NCBI RefSeq assembly: GCF_018350175.1
Contig: NC_058369.1
Span: 23,376,001-23,440,000 of the forward strand
Direction of reading: 5' to 3'
DNA from: Felis catus
Taxonomy: Eukaryota
Length of the DNA stretch: 64,000 bases
The notes under the pieces were generated by a model. That model was not told the DNA's origin. It worked only from the letters and a program-made list of their open reading frames with translations, and did not search any database. Position numbers and translations under genes: made by a program. This document shows, in pieces, positions 49,931-62,540 of the stretch. Positions within the stretch are counted from its first letter, which is position 1, and every line of letters begins with the position of its first letter.

Positions 49931-51626
49931 GGATTCTCCTTTACATAGAAAAGAAAACTTTCTTAGTCTTTGTGAGGTGGAAAGCTGTGGTTTATAAGTT
50001 GCAAAGAGGTAAATAAAGAGAGCTTGGGGGCAGAGCACTCAATTTCCCTGATTTGAAGAATTTAATCAAAACTCTTCCTTGGGGCCATCAAAAGAATCTT
50101 TGCTTCTTTCTATGATATAAAAGCAACTTAAGACAGTTCAGATTGTGTGGAGGGCTTCAGAGGTGATTTTCCAGGATTGAGGATTAAATACAAATGAAGT
50201 TATTTATGGACATTCCTCCTACCTAAGGATTTTTGCCTCATTATCAAATTAATCACCTCATTTTCCCACTGAAGAGGAAGAAGGACACAGGAAGCCAGAC
50301 AAACTGTTCATTTGGTCATGATTTTTATCAGTTTCTGCTCCAAGGGCTCTAAGGTTTACTTAAAGGGAAATTTTCCCTACTTCTTAAAGGCTAAATAAAA
50401 TTGAGACTATCATGGGAAAATGCTTCATTGTAACTCATGACCCGTAATTGGATGATCCAGATCAGAGTCTGTTTGGTGCCAAGGGGAGATAGTCCCAAGT
50501 CCTTGGAACAAAGGAATGGTAAAACTAACCAAGATACAGAAAGATCAGGACTCCATGTTTTCCATTGTTAAGACCTCAGAAACCTATAAAAGCAGTCGTT
50601 TTATGGGAACACTTAGCAAAGTACTGCCAACGTCCATTTTAAAGGCTTGAAATTCTTTGACATATGGCAATCATTATGTGTGCTCAGCTGTCTATCTTGC
50701 ACAATACTTTCTTCTTCCCTCCCCCAAGGAAAGCATTTCTGAGGCCCTACATTTACCATATTTTACAAGAAGCACTTAGCAGCAAGCAAGGCTCAGAAAC
50801 AGTCTCAGGAAGACTAGTCCTGGCTAAGAGCTTCATGAGCACCCGTTTTGTCTCAAGAAGGAAGCCTTAAGGCAAAACTGTTTCAGATTAGAAGGAGGTA
50901 TACATTCTTACCTGAGGTTTCATGTTAGGATAAGGTTTAGTGACTCAGATGTCCTAGGCCGTAAAATGGAATACGTGGTCTTGCTTGGCCTTTTCCAAAA
51001 ATGGGAGAATATGTGGGTATCATTGGCCTGTTGGGATATGTTGGGGTTTACTAGAGATCAGGCAATAGAAGTGACAGAAAAACAGGTCAAGGTGAACTCT
51101 GTCAGTGTGCTTCTGTAGTTCCCTTTAGTTTCACAGAATGTGCCATATTCTTTAGCCCCAGCACACTCAGGTTGAGGTGCTCTTGAGGTCTTAGAAGAAC
51201 AGGTGGACACTTTCCTCATAACCCTCCTCCTCCATCCTTACTGTGTGGACAGTTGGTAGAACATATCCATATCATATTCTTGGAACACCCTCCCCTCCCC
51301 ACACTGCTTTGATGTGATTTTTTCTCAGGAAAATCATGCAAACTGTCCCTAGGAAATAAAAACATTGAACCCAAGTGTGTAAGGTGGTGCAGTCCAGTGC
51401 AGTGCAGTCAGCTCAACTGTGGAAGCCATAGTAAGTTCTCCACATTGCCTCTTGATCTTGGCCCAAACCAGGGTGGGCAAGACCTACGAGAAACATATGA
51501 TGCCCTACTTTAGAATTTGCCATCTGTCAATAAAATCCATCCTCCACACCAAAATGCCTGGAAGGAAATTCACAAGGACATTTGCTTTTCCCAAATGTTA
51601 AGAGCTTCTATCAAAAGTGCACCTAG

Positions 51627-51852
51627 GGGTGCCTGGGTGGCTCTGTCAGTTAAGCATCCAACTTCTGCTCAGGTCATGATCTCACAGTTCGTGAGTTCAA
51701 GCCCCGCGTCGGGCTCTGTGCTGACAGCTCAGAGCCTGGAGCCTACTTCACATTCTGTGTCTCCCTCTCTCTCTGCCCCTTCCCTGCTCATGCTCTGTCT
51801 CTCTCTGTCTCAAAAATAAATAAACATTAAAAAAAAAATTAAAAAAAAAAAA
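51627..51852 (+). mobile_element. Carnivore SINE (SINEC_Fc-like)
   Basis: Full SINE; flanks aaaagtgcacc / aaaagagcacc. Confidence 0.96.
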
Positions 51853-53199
51853 GAGCACCCAGCACACTTGCCTTCTCTGCTAGTGGAAGTATACATTTCT
51901 ACCCTCTTCCTGCTGTTTTTCCTATGAATATCTAATTGAAAAAGTGGGACTTCAGCTTTTCCTCATCTCCTGTCAAATTCAGGCTTCCAGTAGAAAAATA
52001 AGTCCAACTTAAAAAACACCCAACTATAGAATATGTTGCTTTTTTGGAGCCTCAGGGAGAGAAGGCGAAGGGGGAACCGCACTGTGCAATTCACCACAGG
52101 ATTCTGACTGTGCTGTGCCACTCCTCTCTTAGAGAGTCACCCATCCAAAATCCAGTGTTTCTGTTTTCTGATCAGCAACACTCAACGTTCCCTCATTTTC
52201 TCTCTTGAGCACCTACTTGTCTTTTTTTTAAGTTAATTTTTGTGAAAGTGAAATTAAAAAATGATTTTAGCTCATTTCTCTTCTTCTAATTCTTGTCTTT
52301 AGTCCTTATCCTTGTCAGCAAAAACACAAGAACGCAAGGTGGGAGGAAATGCTCTTGTTTATGAAAAAGTATAACTATGAGCATTACTCACAATTCTTAA
52401 AGACACAAAGGTTTAGTAGACATACGTTCTTTGCAGCCTTATTTACAATAGTGAAAAATTAGAAACAAGCAACTATCTCTTAGACAAGAATTGTTTGAAA
52501 AATGCACACTAAATCCTTATGATTGAATGTTACACTGTTGTTAAAAATTGTGCTTTCAAGTTATTTTCATGACTTAGGATGTGTGTATAGTGTAATACTA
52601 AGTGGAAAAATAAAATTGAGGTAAAATCCCAGTGAACATTATATTGCTAAGTACAAGTAGCTGTGTGCATCCTTACATAGGAATAAAAAGAGGAAGGAAT
52701 TATCCCAACATTTCAAGAGTCATTATTTTTAGACTGGAATTATGAACATTAACATGAACTGGGATTAATGTAACTTTTCATATGAAACGTTTTTGTACTT
52801 TTCTAGTTTTTCCATTTTTTTCCCATCATTTTCTATTGAAGTCTGTCCACGTGCCAGTACCACAGTAGGTGCTGGAGATACAGCCATTAACAAGCTGGGC
52901 ACAGTCCATGTCCTTTTGCTTAAAAGGATTTTTTTTAATGCAAGAAATTCCTTAAGAATAGTGTCTCCATCTAACCCAATGTAACACACATCTGTGTTTA
53001 TCTTTTTGTCCAAGGTTAATTCACCTTTATAAAAATAAAACAATATCTTGATTCCTCCTTGGGAAACCACTTGTTTCCCATTGTCAATTGGATAGTTTAT
53101 GGGGAATTGACTCAACTCTAAGCTCTAGAACAAGCCTTGATTGACTTAAACCATCAATTTCCCCCACGTAGCACCAATGATTGACTTAAAAAGAAGCAT

Positions 53200-53500
53200 G
53201 TGAGTCCATCTAAGAAAATCACATTCAGGATGTGTGGGAAGTATGAAAAGAGGTAGTTTCCATTGCCCTGGACTTAATGGCATAAGAACAGGATTTTCTG
53301 TAGCCACATGTGAACTCTCTGGAATGGTTAGGAGGGTTAATGACAATATAAAGCAAGTGAAATCCTGGATTAAGCCTTGCCTGAAATCATCCTTTGGATT
53401 TTTCCATTACCAGAGTCAACATATTTCCTTTATTATTGTTTAATCCAATTTAGGTTAGTGTTCTGTTGAGTGTAGCCTAGGGAAATCTAACCAATAGAAC
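53200..53500 (+). mobile_element. MaLR LTR (MLT1J/K-like) 3' fragment
   Basis: cctggattaagccttgcctgaa…cctttggatttttccattac…ttcctttattattgtttaatccaattt…ctaaccaata. Confidence 0.55.
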
Positions 53501-53789
53501 TATGTAAAGCCAACTGTTGGGCTTAGTGACAAGCACACTGGCTTAAGACTCAGGGGGCCTGGGTGCAAGATCTTGGTCTTCTCTTAAATGGCAGCCTCGC
53601 TTTAGGCAAGTCCCAGCCCCACTCTGAACCCAGCATCTGCAGAATCAGGTAGCTGATGCAAACTAGGAATCTCTAAACATTCATTGGGCCATCAAGGCTG
53701 GTAATGAAAATGAGTCTACCAGTTCCTGGTTTTGAAAGAAAACTAAGGAAACTCTCGTAAGTTTTCACAAAATTAAATGCATTCCATTT

Positions 53790-54011
53790 GGGGCGCCTGG
53801 GTGGCGCAGTCGGTTAAGCGTCCAACTTCAGCCAGGTCACGATCTCGCGGTCCGTGAGTTCGAGCCCCGCGTCGGGCTCTGGGCTGATGGCTCAGAGCCT
53901 GGAGCCTGTTTCCGATTCTGTGTCTCCCTCTCTCTCTGCCCCTCCCCCGTTCATGCTCTGTCTCTCTCTGTCCCAAAAATAAATAAACGTTGGAAAAAAA
54001 AATTTAAAAAA
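53790..54011 (+). mobile_element. Young felid SINE (SINEC_Fc) with TSD
   Basis: Most CpGs retained. TSD aaatg(c/t)attccattt at 53775-53789 and 54012-54026. Confidence 0.97.
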
Positions 54012-54524
54012 AAATGTATTCCATTTAAAGGACTACCTTTTATTCTGAGATTATAAAAGTGTAAAGGTAGTACTTTAATTTATTTGTATTTTATGCCCTC
54101 GGTTGGCAAAATTGAACATCATAAACTTTCTGCAGTTCTCTCCAATTTAAATTGTTGAATTATTCCTTACCCAGAAAAGTCCCAAATCTGGAGATCACTA
54201 TACCAAATAATCTTTGAAAGAAACATTCAAATGTACACATCCAATAAGTCTCCTCTTTTATAGGAATATGCATTCAACAAATGTAAGTAATTTAACATGA
54301 TGCAATATAATTTTAAAAGTATTTGAAGTGGTTAAAGTTAACAGTAGTTACCAGGATGCTTCAGATGAAAGTGTCAGAGAAACATCCACTTCTGAATGAT
54401 TTCTTTTTTTTTACTTAAATTGTAAAGCAGTTAATTATGTTTGTTTTATTCTCAATTAGGTGTAGCCAATTCATAAATACTGTCTAAAGTTCTCTCTTTG
54501 TACTGTTCAAATTTCATAATTCTT

Positions 54525-54722
54525 TTTTTTTTTTTTTTTTTTTTTTTTTTGGAGCGAGAGAGAAAGCACAAGAGCTTGACTCAAGGAGGGGTAGAGAGAG
54601 AGGAAGAGAGAAAATCCTGAACAGGCTCCGTGCCCAGTGCAGAGCCCGACACGGGGCTCTGTCGTGACCTGAGCCAAAATCAATAGTCAGGCGCTTAACC
54701 GACCGAGCCACCTAGGCACCCC
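54525..54722 (-). mobile_element. Carnivore SINE with long pure poly(A) tail and internal deletion
   Basis: TSD aaatttcataattctt at 54509-54524 and 54724-54739. Confidence 0.94.
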
Positions 54723-55259
54723 TAAATTTCATAATTCTTATCGAAAGACTGACAATTTAATTATTCCCACTTTATATAGCTTTCCCAAGACAACAACTGT
54801 TTTCCTTCACAGAGGTGAGCCTCTACATGTCCACAAAATCAGAGTCTATTCTCCAGGGGCTTCATTCTACAGTTCTGAAGTAAGCTGCAATTGGCTTAGA
54901 AAGTTGCAAATCTCTTTTTGTTTTCATGAGATAACTGTCTGAGTGTTAAGATTTAATAAAGTTAGGATTTAATAATGTGTTTCTTAGCCTTTATCCTTGA
55001 CATGTAATCCTCATTCTGACTTGTTGTGGAATTTCTTTTTAAGTCATAGCTGAATGTGGGGGTCAAGTGGATTCCATTCTATGGGATAAAGCAAAAAATC
55101 AAAGGAAGAAAGCAGTTACTCCCAAAGTGACAATTCTTCCATCAAACGACAGCCTACAAATAAGAAAAAAGGCAACTGAAACTACAATCTGTCAGGGTTT
55201 AAGATTCAGCTTGATTTTGGATCTGAGGAGATGAGAAGTACATTTTTAAAATGTGTGTT

Positions 55260-55532
55260 TTTATTTTTTAAATATTTTATTATATTACATTTTATTTGTT
55301 TTTTTAGAGAGTGAGTATGTGAGTGGGGGAGAGGTGTAGGGAGGGGACGGAGAGAGAGAGACAGAGACAGAGACAGAGACAGAGACAGAGACAGAGACTG
55401 AGAGAGAATCCTAAGCAGATTCTATAGTCAGTGCAGAGCCCGACGTGGGGCTTGATCCCACAACCCTGGGATCACGACCTGAGCCGAAATCAAGAGTCGG
55501 ACACTCAACCAACTGAGCTACCCAGGCGTCCC
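55260..55532 (-). mobile_element. Carnivore SINE with (GAGACA)n expansion
   Basis: Reverse SINE body; hexamer repeat at ~55357-55398. Confidence 0.93.
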
Positions 55533-55534
55533 TG

Positions 55535-55790
55535 TTTTTCCTTACTTTAAAAAATTTTTGAAACAATCTCAAGTTACAGAAGAGCTGCAAGTAGGGTACA
55601 AAGAACTTTTTCCCTGAGCCATTTGAGAGTAAGTTGCCTACCTGAGGTTCCATCACCCTATGGTGCCTTTCCGCCCATTAAGCATGTTCTTTTCGTACCC
55701 ACGATAAAACCCTCAAAATCAGGAAGTCAGGAAGCACACATCCCATCATCTAACCCTCAGATCCCTTTTTATTTTGCCAGGAGTCCCAGT
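55535..55790 (-). mobile_element. Old L1 (L1MC-like) 3' terminal fragment
   Basis: ttttgaaacaatctcaagttacagaagagctgcaag…ccctgagccatttgagagtaagttgc. Confidence 0.6.
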
Positions 55791-56039
55791 TATATCAACA
55801 CAGGGACGTCATCCCCACCCTGCCTGGCTCTGATGCCGACTATCCATAACCAGAGAGGATGTTCTCATTTTCCAATACACTATGTGTTCAATGAAGTAGT
55901 GGATATTGATTTCAAGCCCTATGCCAGGATAGAGAATATACAGCTGTATGTTTGGAGGAAAAGCAGTTCACAGATGTGAAATTAATTAAATGAGGTATAA
56001 AATCTTCAGCCACCGGTGTTTGCCAAATCCCTTCCTGGT

Positions 56040-56610
56040 CTTCCTATCCTCCTTTTGTCTGCCTAGAGCCATTATCCCTACAGAGATTAGGGCGATCTCT
56101 TTAGAACATGAGATAAGTCCCCTACCCAAAACCCTGAGATGGGGTCCCATCCCACTCAGAATAAAATGCAAACACTCGATCGCCAACCACAAGCCCATAA
56201 TCGGGACCTCTGCTTGCCTTTCCAAACACATTTCTTCCCACTCAGCCCTGCTCTCTATGGCCTGGTGACCCTTGGGCCTTCTTTCCACCCCTGCTCCATC
56301 CTCAGAGCTCTGTACTTGCCGAGCATTTTCTCAAGGAGGTGGCATGGCTGACTTCTCACTTTTTGGTCTGGGGTCTGTGTTTTGTCTCGGAACAGCAGCT
56401 TTGACCACCCCAGCTGAAGGTGCTGCTCCAGCCATCCATTCTTTTCTGTCACTTGTTTGTAGGGGTTTCAAGTCCCTACCAGCCTTGCAAACCAACATCC
56501 TTGGTTTGTTCATTTCTGCAGGAACCCAGTCTCTTGTTCAGTGCTCTACCCCCAGGATGTACGCGTGTGCCTGGCATTCAGTGCTCAGTGGGTGTGAACT
56601 AAGTGAATAA
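56040..56610 (+). mobile_element. L2 LINE 3' fragments
   Basis: cccatcccactcagaataaaatgcaaacactc…gtgcctggcattcagtgctcagt…aagtgaataa. Confidence 0.6.
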
Positions 56611-56634
56611 GGGAACAAGCCAGAGACATTTGAG

Positions 56635-56830
56635 AACAGTGCAAAGAGCGTGGTCACTACCCATCTGGCTTTGACTTTCTTGCTGTGTGTCCTTAGGCAA
56701 GCTGCTTCATTTCTCTGGGCTTCAGGTTCCTCATCTCAAAAGTGGTCTGAGAGGACCCACCAGATAGGGTGATAGTGAAGTTTCCAGCACACATCAGTGT
56801 AGCTTGGCACACAATAGGAGGATAATAAAT
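56635..56830 (+). mobile_element. MIR SINE
   Basis: gctgtgtgtccttaggcaagctgcttcatttctctgggcttcaggttcctcatct core. Confidence 0.75.
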
Positions 56831-59209
56831 CTCCCGTCCAACTTGGGACCTGGAACGGTGAGATTAGCATGGAGCTTTTCAGGATCCCAGTATCATGAGC
56901 TTTCCTTTCTATTTGAGGCACATTTGGGTTTCTGAATACAGGGCCACCAGACGTTATATGGCTTCCATTCCTTTTGATCAAATCTTGTGTTTTTTGAGAG
57001 TCATGAACAGCCAGCCCATCATGAAAGAAAAGCTTTCTGCAAGCCACACCACATGAAAAACAAAATGAGCTATAAAGGAAAATGTGTTCCCCGGCCGGTC
57101 TGGGGAAGAACATTTCAGGGCCTAGAGAGGAGCCCCTGTTTGAGGCTTAAGGGTCTTATCAACCCAGCCTAGGCGGAGATCATATAGCCCAAGGGAACAG
57201 CATGGAGAAAAGGGAAGGAAACCCGAAGTTGGCCTGTCACTCCTGGATGAAAGGCTGTTTTCTCTGCTAACACGCAGTCTGTGGTGAGGGCCCTGGTTAG
57301 CTAGATGTCAAAGCTGCAGACAAGGAGGATGACCTCACTGGAAAAGAGAATGGCAACCCTCCCTTGGCCTCGGGAATGTGCGCACTAGACAAATGATCTT
57401 GATTCAGCTAAGCTAACTTATGGATGATATAAGCCCAATCGCTTCCCCATTTTTCATGCTAATAGATGCAGAGTCAGCCTGGGGAGGGGAGGCAGATGAA
57501 GGTGGCTGTGGGCCAAGTCCCCTTCAGAAGATCCCATTAGCCAACAGAATCTCTCTGGAAAGCTTTCCCCATCCCGGAAAGAGGAACAGCCAGCTTTTGT
57601 GCACTTGAGCAATAGTCATTGCTACAAAACTTCAGGTCATTAAACAGGCACTTAGTCCTGGGAGCTTGCTGCTTGGGAGAGTGACTGATGACTCCATCAG
57701 CAGGTGGAATTAGGCTTACAGTGTACCCAGAGACACTGCTTGCAGGACCCCAGGCTCAGCTCTGAGCATCTCTGTGGCTCACTGACCGTTGTTCTTCAGT
57801 CTCCAACGCTTCCTACTTGGCCGCCTAAGAAGTTGGCAAAACAGCACAACTTGGCATTATAGACGTGACATACAGCTTTTTTGCAGTTCACAAATGTTTC
57901 CACATTTATGAGCTCATCTCTTTCTACTCTGTGAGGGAGGGCGGGCAAATATTACCACCTCTTCCCTCAGAAATTGAGGCTGAGAGAGGTTGAACGACTC
58001 ATCCCAGAACACAACAGTGAGGTAATGTGAGTCCTAGGATTTGAACACAGGCCTGTCACAGGAGCCCATGCCTGGTGCTTTCCCAGAGCCTATGCCACAA
58101 GTGACAAATGTACCTTTGGCGAGGTTTGTGCTCTCACATTTTTCTTTTAAAAAATCAGATCATGACTATCATCTGAGATCTCAGATGTGTCTGGAATACA
58201 AGATTATGAAAGTCACCCTGGTTTGAGAATCAAATGTCAGGTCCCCACGGCAAGCCGCTTGGGAATTTCGGGGCCCAGAGTTGCCATATACTCTTGGCTC
58301 GCCAAAAACGGCCTCAGGATGACCACTGCCTAGAAAATTAAAAGGAGGAAGTTGAGGTCTCCTACTAAAATGGAAATCCAGTGGGAGAAACCAGCTGGGT
58401 GTGCTCTCCACTCCCCCCTCCTTTGTTGCTGGAATTACCCACACCCTTCAATCTGTTGGCAAGACCCCCCAGGCAGTACATTCAACACATTCATTATCAT
58501 ATGGGAAAGATGCATGTTTGTTTAAAAAGTCAGGTTCTTTAACTTCTGTGACTCTTACAACTTCCTAAAGACCCCCGGGCTCTTTGCTGAGCTGAAGAAC
58601 CAAATTAGGCTTAATATGATCTAATGTAAAGGTCTGAATTATGCCTTGAGTATACTTTCTGGGAGATGAAAGGACCAATATGCTTATAAAGTTCTATTAC
58701 TCTTTAAAAAAGACTTTTAAAATGTTGGAAGTACCTCCTGGCTAGGGAAAGGATTAGATGCTCTGCTTTCAGTTCATTACTTCTAATATAAACACTCGGT
58801 ATCCCTAGTGTTCAGCATCATTTGACTGTCTTTACACAAACTGAACAGATGGAAGGCCTTGGGCCTTTGTCTCTGAAGTCAGTTTAATGACTGGGGCAAA
58901 GTGAGATGTTTTGTCTGATTAAAGGCTCCGCTCTTCAAAGCCATACCTTCTTCCATTTGGGAAATGACAATGTTTATGGTGCCTGTACCCAGTTGGTGGA
59001 TGGATGGAGTAGGTAGCAAATCTCTCTTTGTGCCCCCAAATACCAGTCCTGGTAAAAAGAGGAGGCCCAAGTGGTCCATATGCTGGCATGTGATGCAAGC
59101 CCGATGGCGTATAAATCCTTATTGGATGCGGTCTGTCAGACACAGGCATCAGATGCATTGGTGGAAATAAATGTGAAGACATGCAGCTTATATTTAAAAA
59201 GTATTTGTA

Positions 59210-59256
59210 ATTATTTATTTATTTACTTACTTACTTACTTATTTAGAGAGTGGGGG

Positions 59257-59308
<52 letters not shown>

Positions 59309-59411
59309 CTCAAGCAGGCTCCATACTCAGCACAGAGCCTGACATGGGGCTTGATCCCATGACCCTGGGATCATGACCTAAGCCAAAATCAGGAGTCCAC
59401 CCAGGCACCTC
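59210..59411 (-). mobile_element. Carnivore SINE, head partly deleted, long (GA)n
   Basis: Reverse SINE body. Confidence 0.9.
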
Positions 59412-59419
59412 CAAAATAC

Positions 59420-60420
59420 TTGTAATTTTTAAAGTAACGTGTTTATTACAGAAATTTGAAAAATACAGGAAAGCAAAAGCAAAAATCACCCATGATGTTG
59501 CAATCTAGAGATCAATAATATTAGCACCTTCTTATATATGTTTCTGTGATTCTCCAAGTATTTAATAGAATCGCTTTTTTAAAAATTTGACATCCCATAG
59601 ATTTTTGTGGCTTTCCTTTGTTCACTCATAAGTTCACTTGGAATAACTTCCTAAATCGATGAATACAGATCTATTTCATCACCCTTGTTAATCATATCTA
59701 TCATGTGAATGGACCATTTATCATAATTTAACGAACCAATGTGCAACCGGTGAACTTTTAAGTCATTTTCAACTTTGCAGGATAATAAATGGCTGAGGTA
59801 AAAAAAAAAAATAAAATTTTTGTGCAGGAATCTTTTCTGATTGTTCTCTCAGGATAAATTCCTCCAGAATTACAGGATCACAGAGAATGCACGTCCATTT
59901 CTGATGTTGACATTTACTGTTCAATTACCCTTCACAGTCTGTACCAGGAACATATTTGGATGCTCATCCTTTGCATTCCGACCACACAAGATATCATTTT
60001 AACACATTTTTCTCAATTTTAGACACAAAGAAATGACTACAGATTTTTTTTCTAATTGGCTCGCCTGAGCCCACGTGAAGATGAATGTGTTTTAACTATG
60101 GGGATTGGCCATCAATAGTTCCCCCCACTTTAAATTTCCTTTTCAAGTCCTTTGTTCACTTTCAGTTGGTTAATGAACTTGTTGCTGGAAAAGTTATACC
60201 ATTCATCTATCACGTACGTTTATCATGGTCATTTACTTCTGCTTATAGTGGTTTTATTTATATACCAAGTGTATATACATATCTCTTTATAACGTCACAC
60301 TTCTTTGTGGTTTCTGCATTTGTCCCTATGCTGAGGAAAGCCCTCTCCATCCCAAAGTCAGAGGGTTACCTTTATTTCCTCCTATTGTTTTAGAGTTTCC
60401 TTTTATAGTTCAGTTTGCAT
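59420..60420 (-). mobile_element. Ancient L1 (L1ME-like) 3' fragments
   Basis: aggataaattcctccagaattacaggatca…; ttttcaagtcctttgttcacttt…; gctgaggaaagccctctccatccca. Confidence 0.5.
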
Positions 60421-61207
60421 TCATCTTATTTTTGTCATTAATATTTTTTAAAGTGCAGAAATGACAGGATACTTTGAAATTCCATAGAATTGCTCATCAA
60501 AAAAGGCAAGATGGAGTCCAGCTATCTCTTTCTCTGGCAATAGGAAGAGAAAATAGCATGAAGGTAATGGGGAAAAGGCCAGATTCAATACAAATTCCCT
60601 ATTGTACTAACATTTTGTGTTTTTCATGAATTAACTTTTAATCAACTCTCTTTGCTAAAAAGCATTTTAACATTGGTGACCAATACATTTCAATCCATCA
60701 GCAGGAAAAGATGCCTAATTTGAACACCAGGAGCCAAGAATTATAGTGTTCCAATTCCTGTAATGTGTCAGAGCAACTTGGCCAAACTTCTTAAGGCACC
60801 CAGACTTCAAAAGAGAAACAGGTCAGAGAGAGAAAGCTCTGCATTGGTGGCTAACCTGCCTGAGACACATCACAAGGCAAGGTCCGCAAGGACATCTCCA
60901 GAGGAAAGAACTTGAGCTGTGCTTGGAAGATCAGGTGAATTGAATTAAAGTGGGACCAAGAGAGAAGGGAAGCAAAGCAGGGTGAGCAGAGTGCGGACAG
61001 GTGTAGAGAAGAGAAGAGGGCCCAGCAATGACAAAGGCCATTATTATACAGGAAGTTCACATTTCACCAAGTGCCCAGATACATGTTGCTACTTCTCATC
61101 TCTGAAGCTGGGTTTCCTCCTTTATGAAATGGGGTAAGGATATGAAGATCCACTTTTTCCCTTTGAAAAACTTCCACCAGCACTACTTAATTGAAAATGG
61201 ATGTTGA

Positions 61208-61439
61208 GGGGCGCCTGGGTGGCGCAGTCGGTTAAGCGTCCGACTTAAGCCAGGTCATGATCTCGCGGTCCGTGGGTTCGAGCCCCGCGTCAGGCTCTGG
61301 GCTGATGGCTCGGAGCCTGGAGCCTGTTTCCGATTCTGTGTCTCCCTCTCTCTCTGCCCCTCCCCCGTTCATGCTCTGTCCCTCTCTGTCCCAAAAATAA
61401 ATAAAAAACGTTGAAAAAAAATTAAAAAAAAAAAAAAAA
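61208..61439 (+). mobile_element. Young felid SINE, copy 1 of tandem trimer
   Basis: Preceded and followed by gaaaatggatgttga (61193-61207, 61440-61454). Confidence 0.97.
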
Positions 61440-61454
61440 GAAAATGGATGTTGA

Positions 61455-61686
61455 GGGGCGCCTGGGTGGCGCAGTCGGTTAAGCGTCTGACTTCAGCCAG
61501 GTCACGATCTCGCGCTCCGTGAGTTCGAACCCCGCGTCAGGCTCTGGGCTGATGGCTCAGAGCCTGGAGCCTGTTTCCGATTCTGTGTCTCCCTCTCTCT
61601 CTGCCCCTCCCCCGTTCATGCTCTGTCCCTCTCTGTCCCAAAAATAAATAAAAAACGTTGAAAAAAAAATTAAAAAAAAAAAAAAA
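61455..61686 (+). mobile_element. Young felid SINE, copy 2 of tandem trimer (chimeric)
   Basis: 5' half identical to copy 3, 3' end like copy 1; followed by the spacer at 61687-61701. Confidence 0.97.
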
Positions 61687-61701
61687 GAAAATGGATGTTG
61701 A

Positions 61702-61927
61702 GGGGCGCCTGGGTGGCGCAGTCGGTTAAGCGTCTGACTTCAGCCAGGTCACGATCTCGCGCTCCGTGAGTTCGAACCCCGCGTCAGGCTCTGGGCTGAT
61801 GGCTCAGAGCCTGGAGCCTGTTTCCGATTCTGTGTCTCCCTCTCTCTCTGCCCCTCCCCCGTTCATGCTCTGTCTCTCTCTGTCCCAAAAATAAATAAAC
61901 ATTGAAAAAAAAAATCTTTAAAAAAAA
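61702..61927 (+). mobile_element. Young felid SINE, copy 3 of tandem trimer
   Basis: Followed by the fourth gaaaatggatgttga at 61928-61942. Confidence 0.97.
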
Positions 61928-61942
61928 GAAAATGGATGTTGA

Positions 61943-62360
61943 TTGGCTTAGCTAATAGAAAAGCCCAGGTATAGCCCTCAGGTGTGGCTGAATCCAGGAC
62001 CGGAAATGATATCAACAGGATTTCTCTGGTCCGTCTTCACATTCTGTCTTCTCTGCTGGTTTCATGTCCAGGCTCCCTGTTGATGGCATGAGGTCAGACA
62101 GCAGCTCACCACCTGCATACTTCTGGGTTCCGTCTCATTGTATTTGGTCACTTGCCTGTCTATGAAGCAGTCACTTTGGAATGTGGTCAGGGTGATAGAA
62201 TTTCCTGGCTGACCAGGACTGAATCATATGTCCTAACCCAGGAGCCATGCATACAGGCCAGTCCAAAACCCACAGCCCAAGTGTCAAGGAATAATGTTCC
62301 CCCAAAGTTGACATGGGGCACTGTTCCTGAAAAGAGGGAAGCGATGCTGATCAGGCTAAA
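61943..62360 (-). mobile_element. MaLR LTR (MLT1J/K/L-like) hosting the SINE trimer
   Basis: ttggcttagctaatagaaaagcccagg…caggtgtggctgaatccagg…ggtcacttgcctgtc…gaccaggactgaatcatatgtcc. Confidence 0.6.
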
Positions 62361-62404
62361 ACAACACTCATTTCAACCAAGAACCTTAATATTTTATGAT
62401 TCTG

Positions 62405-62540
62405 TAATTAGCCCTCAGAGGTTGATGGTATCATCCATCACCATATTACAGATGATAAAATGGAGGTTCAGAGAGGTTCAGTAACTTTCTTCGAGTTCTC
62501 CCAGCTAGTAAAAGGCATGGTCACAACTCCTCCAAAGCCA
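62405..62540 (-). mobile_element. MIR SINE fragment
   Basis: ccatattacagatgataaaatggaggttcagagaggttcagtaactt…cagctagtaa. Confidence 0.75.

Noticed and set aside
61193..61942. Repeat-spacer periodicity resembling a CRISPR array
   Set aside because: Mammalian DNA; the long units are near-identical SINEs and the short repeats are target-site duplications; no cas genes.
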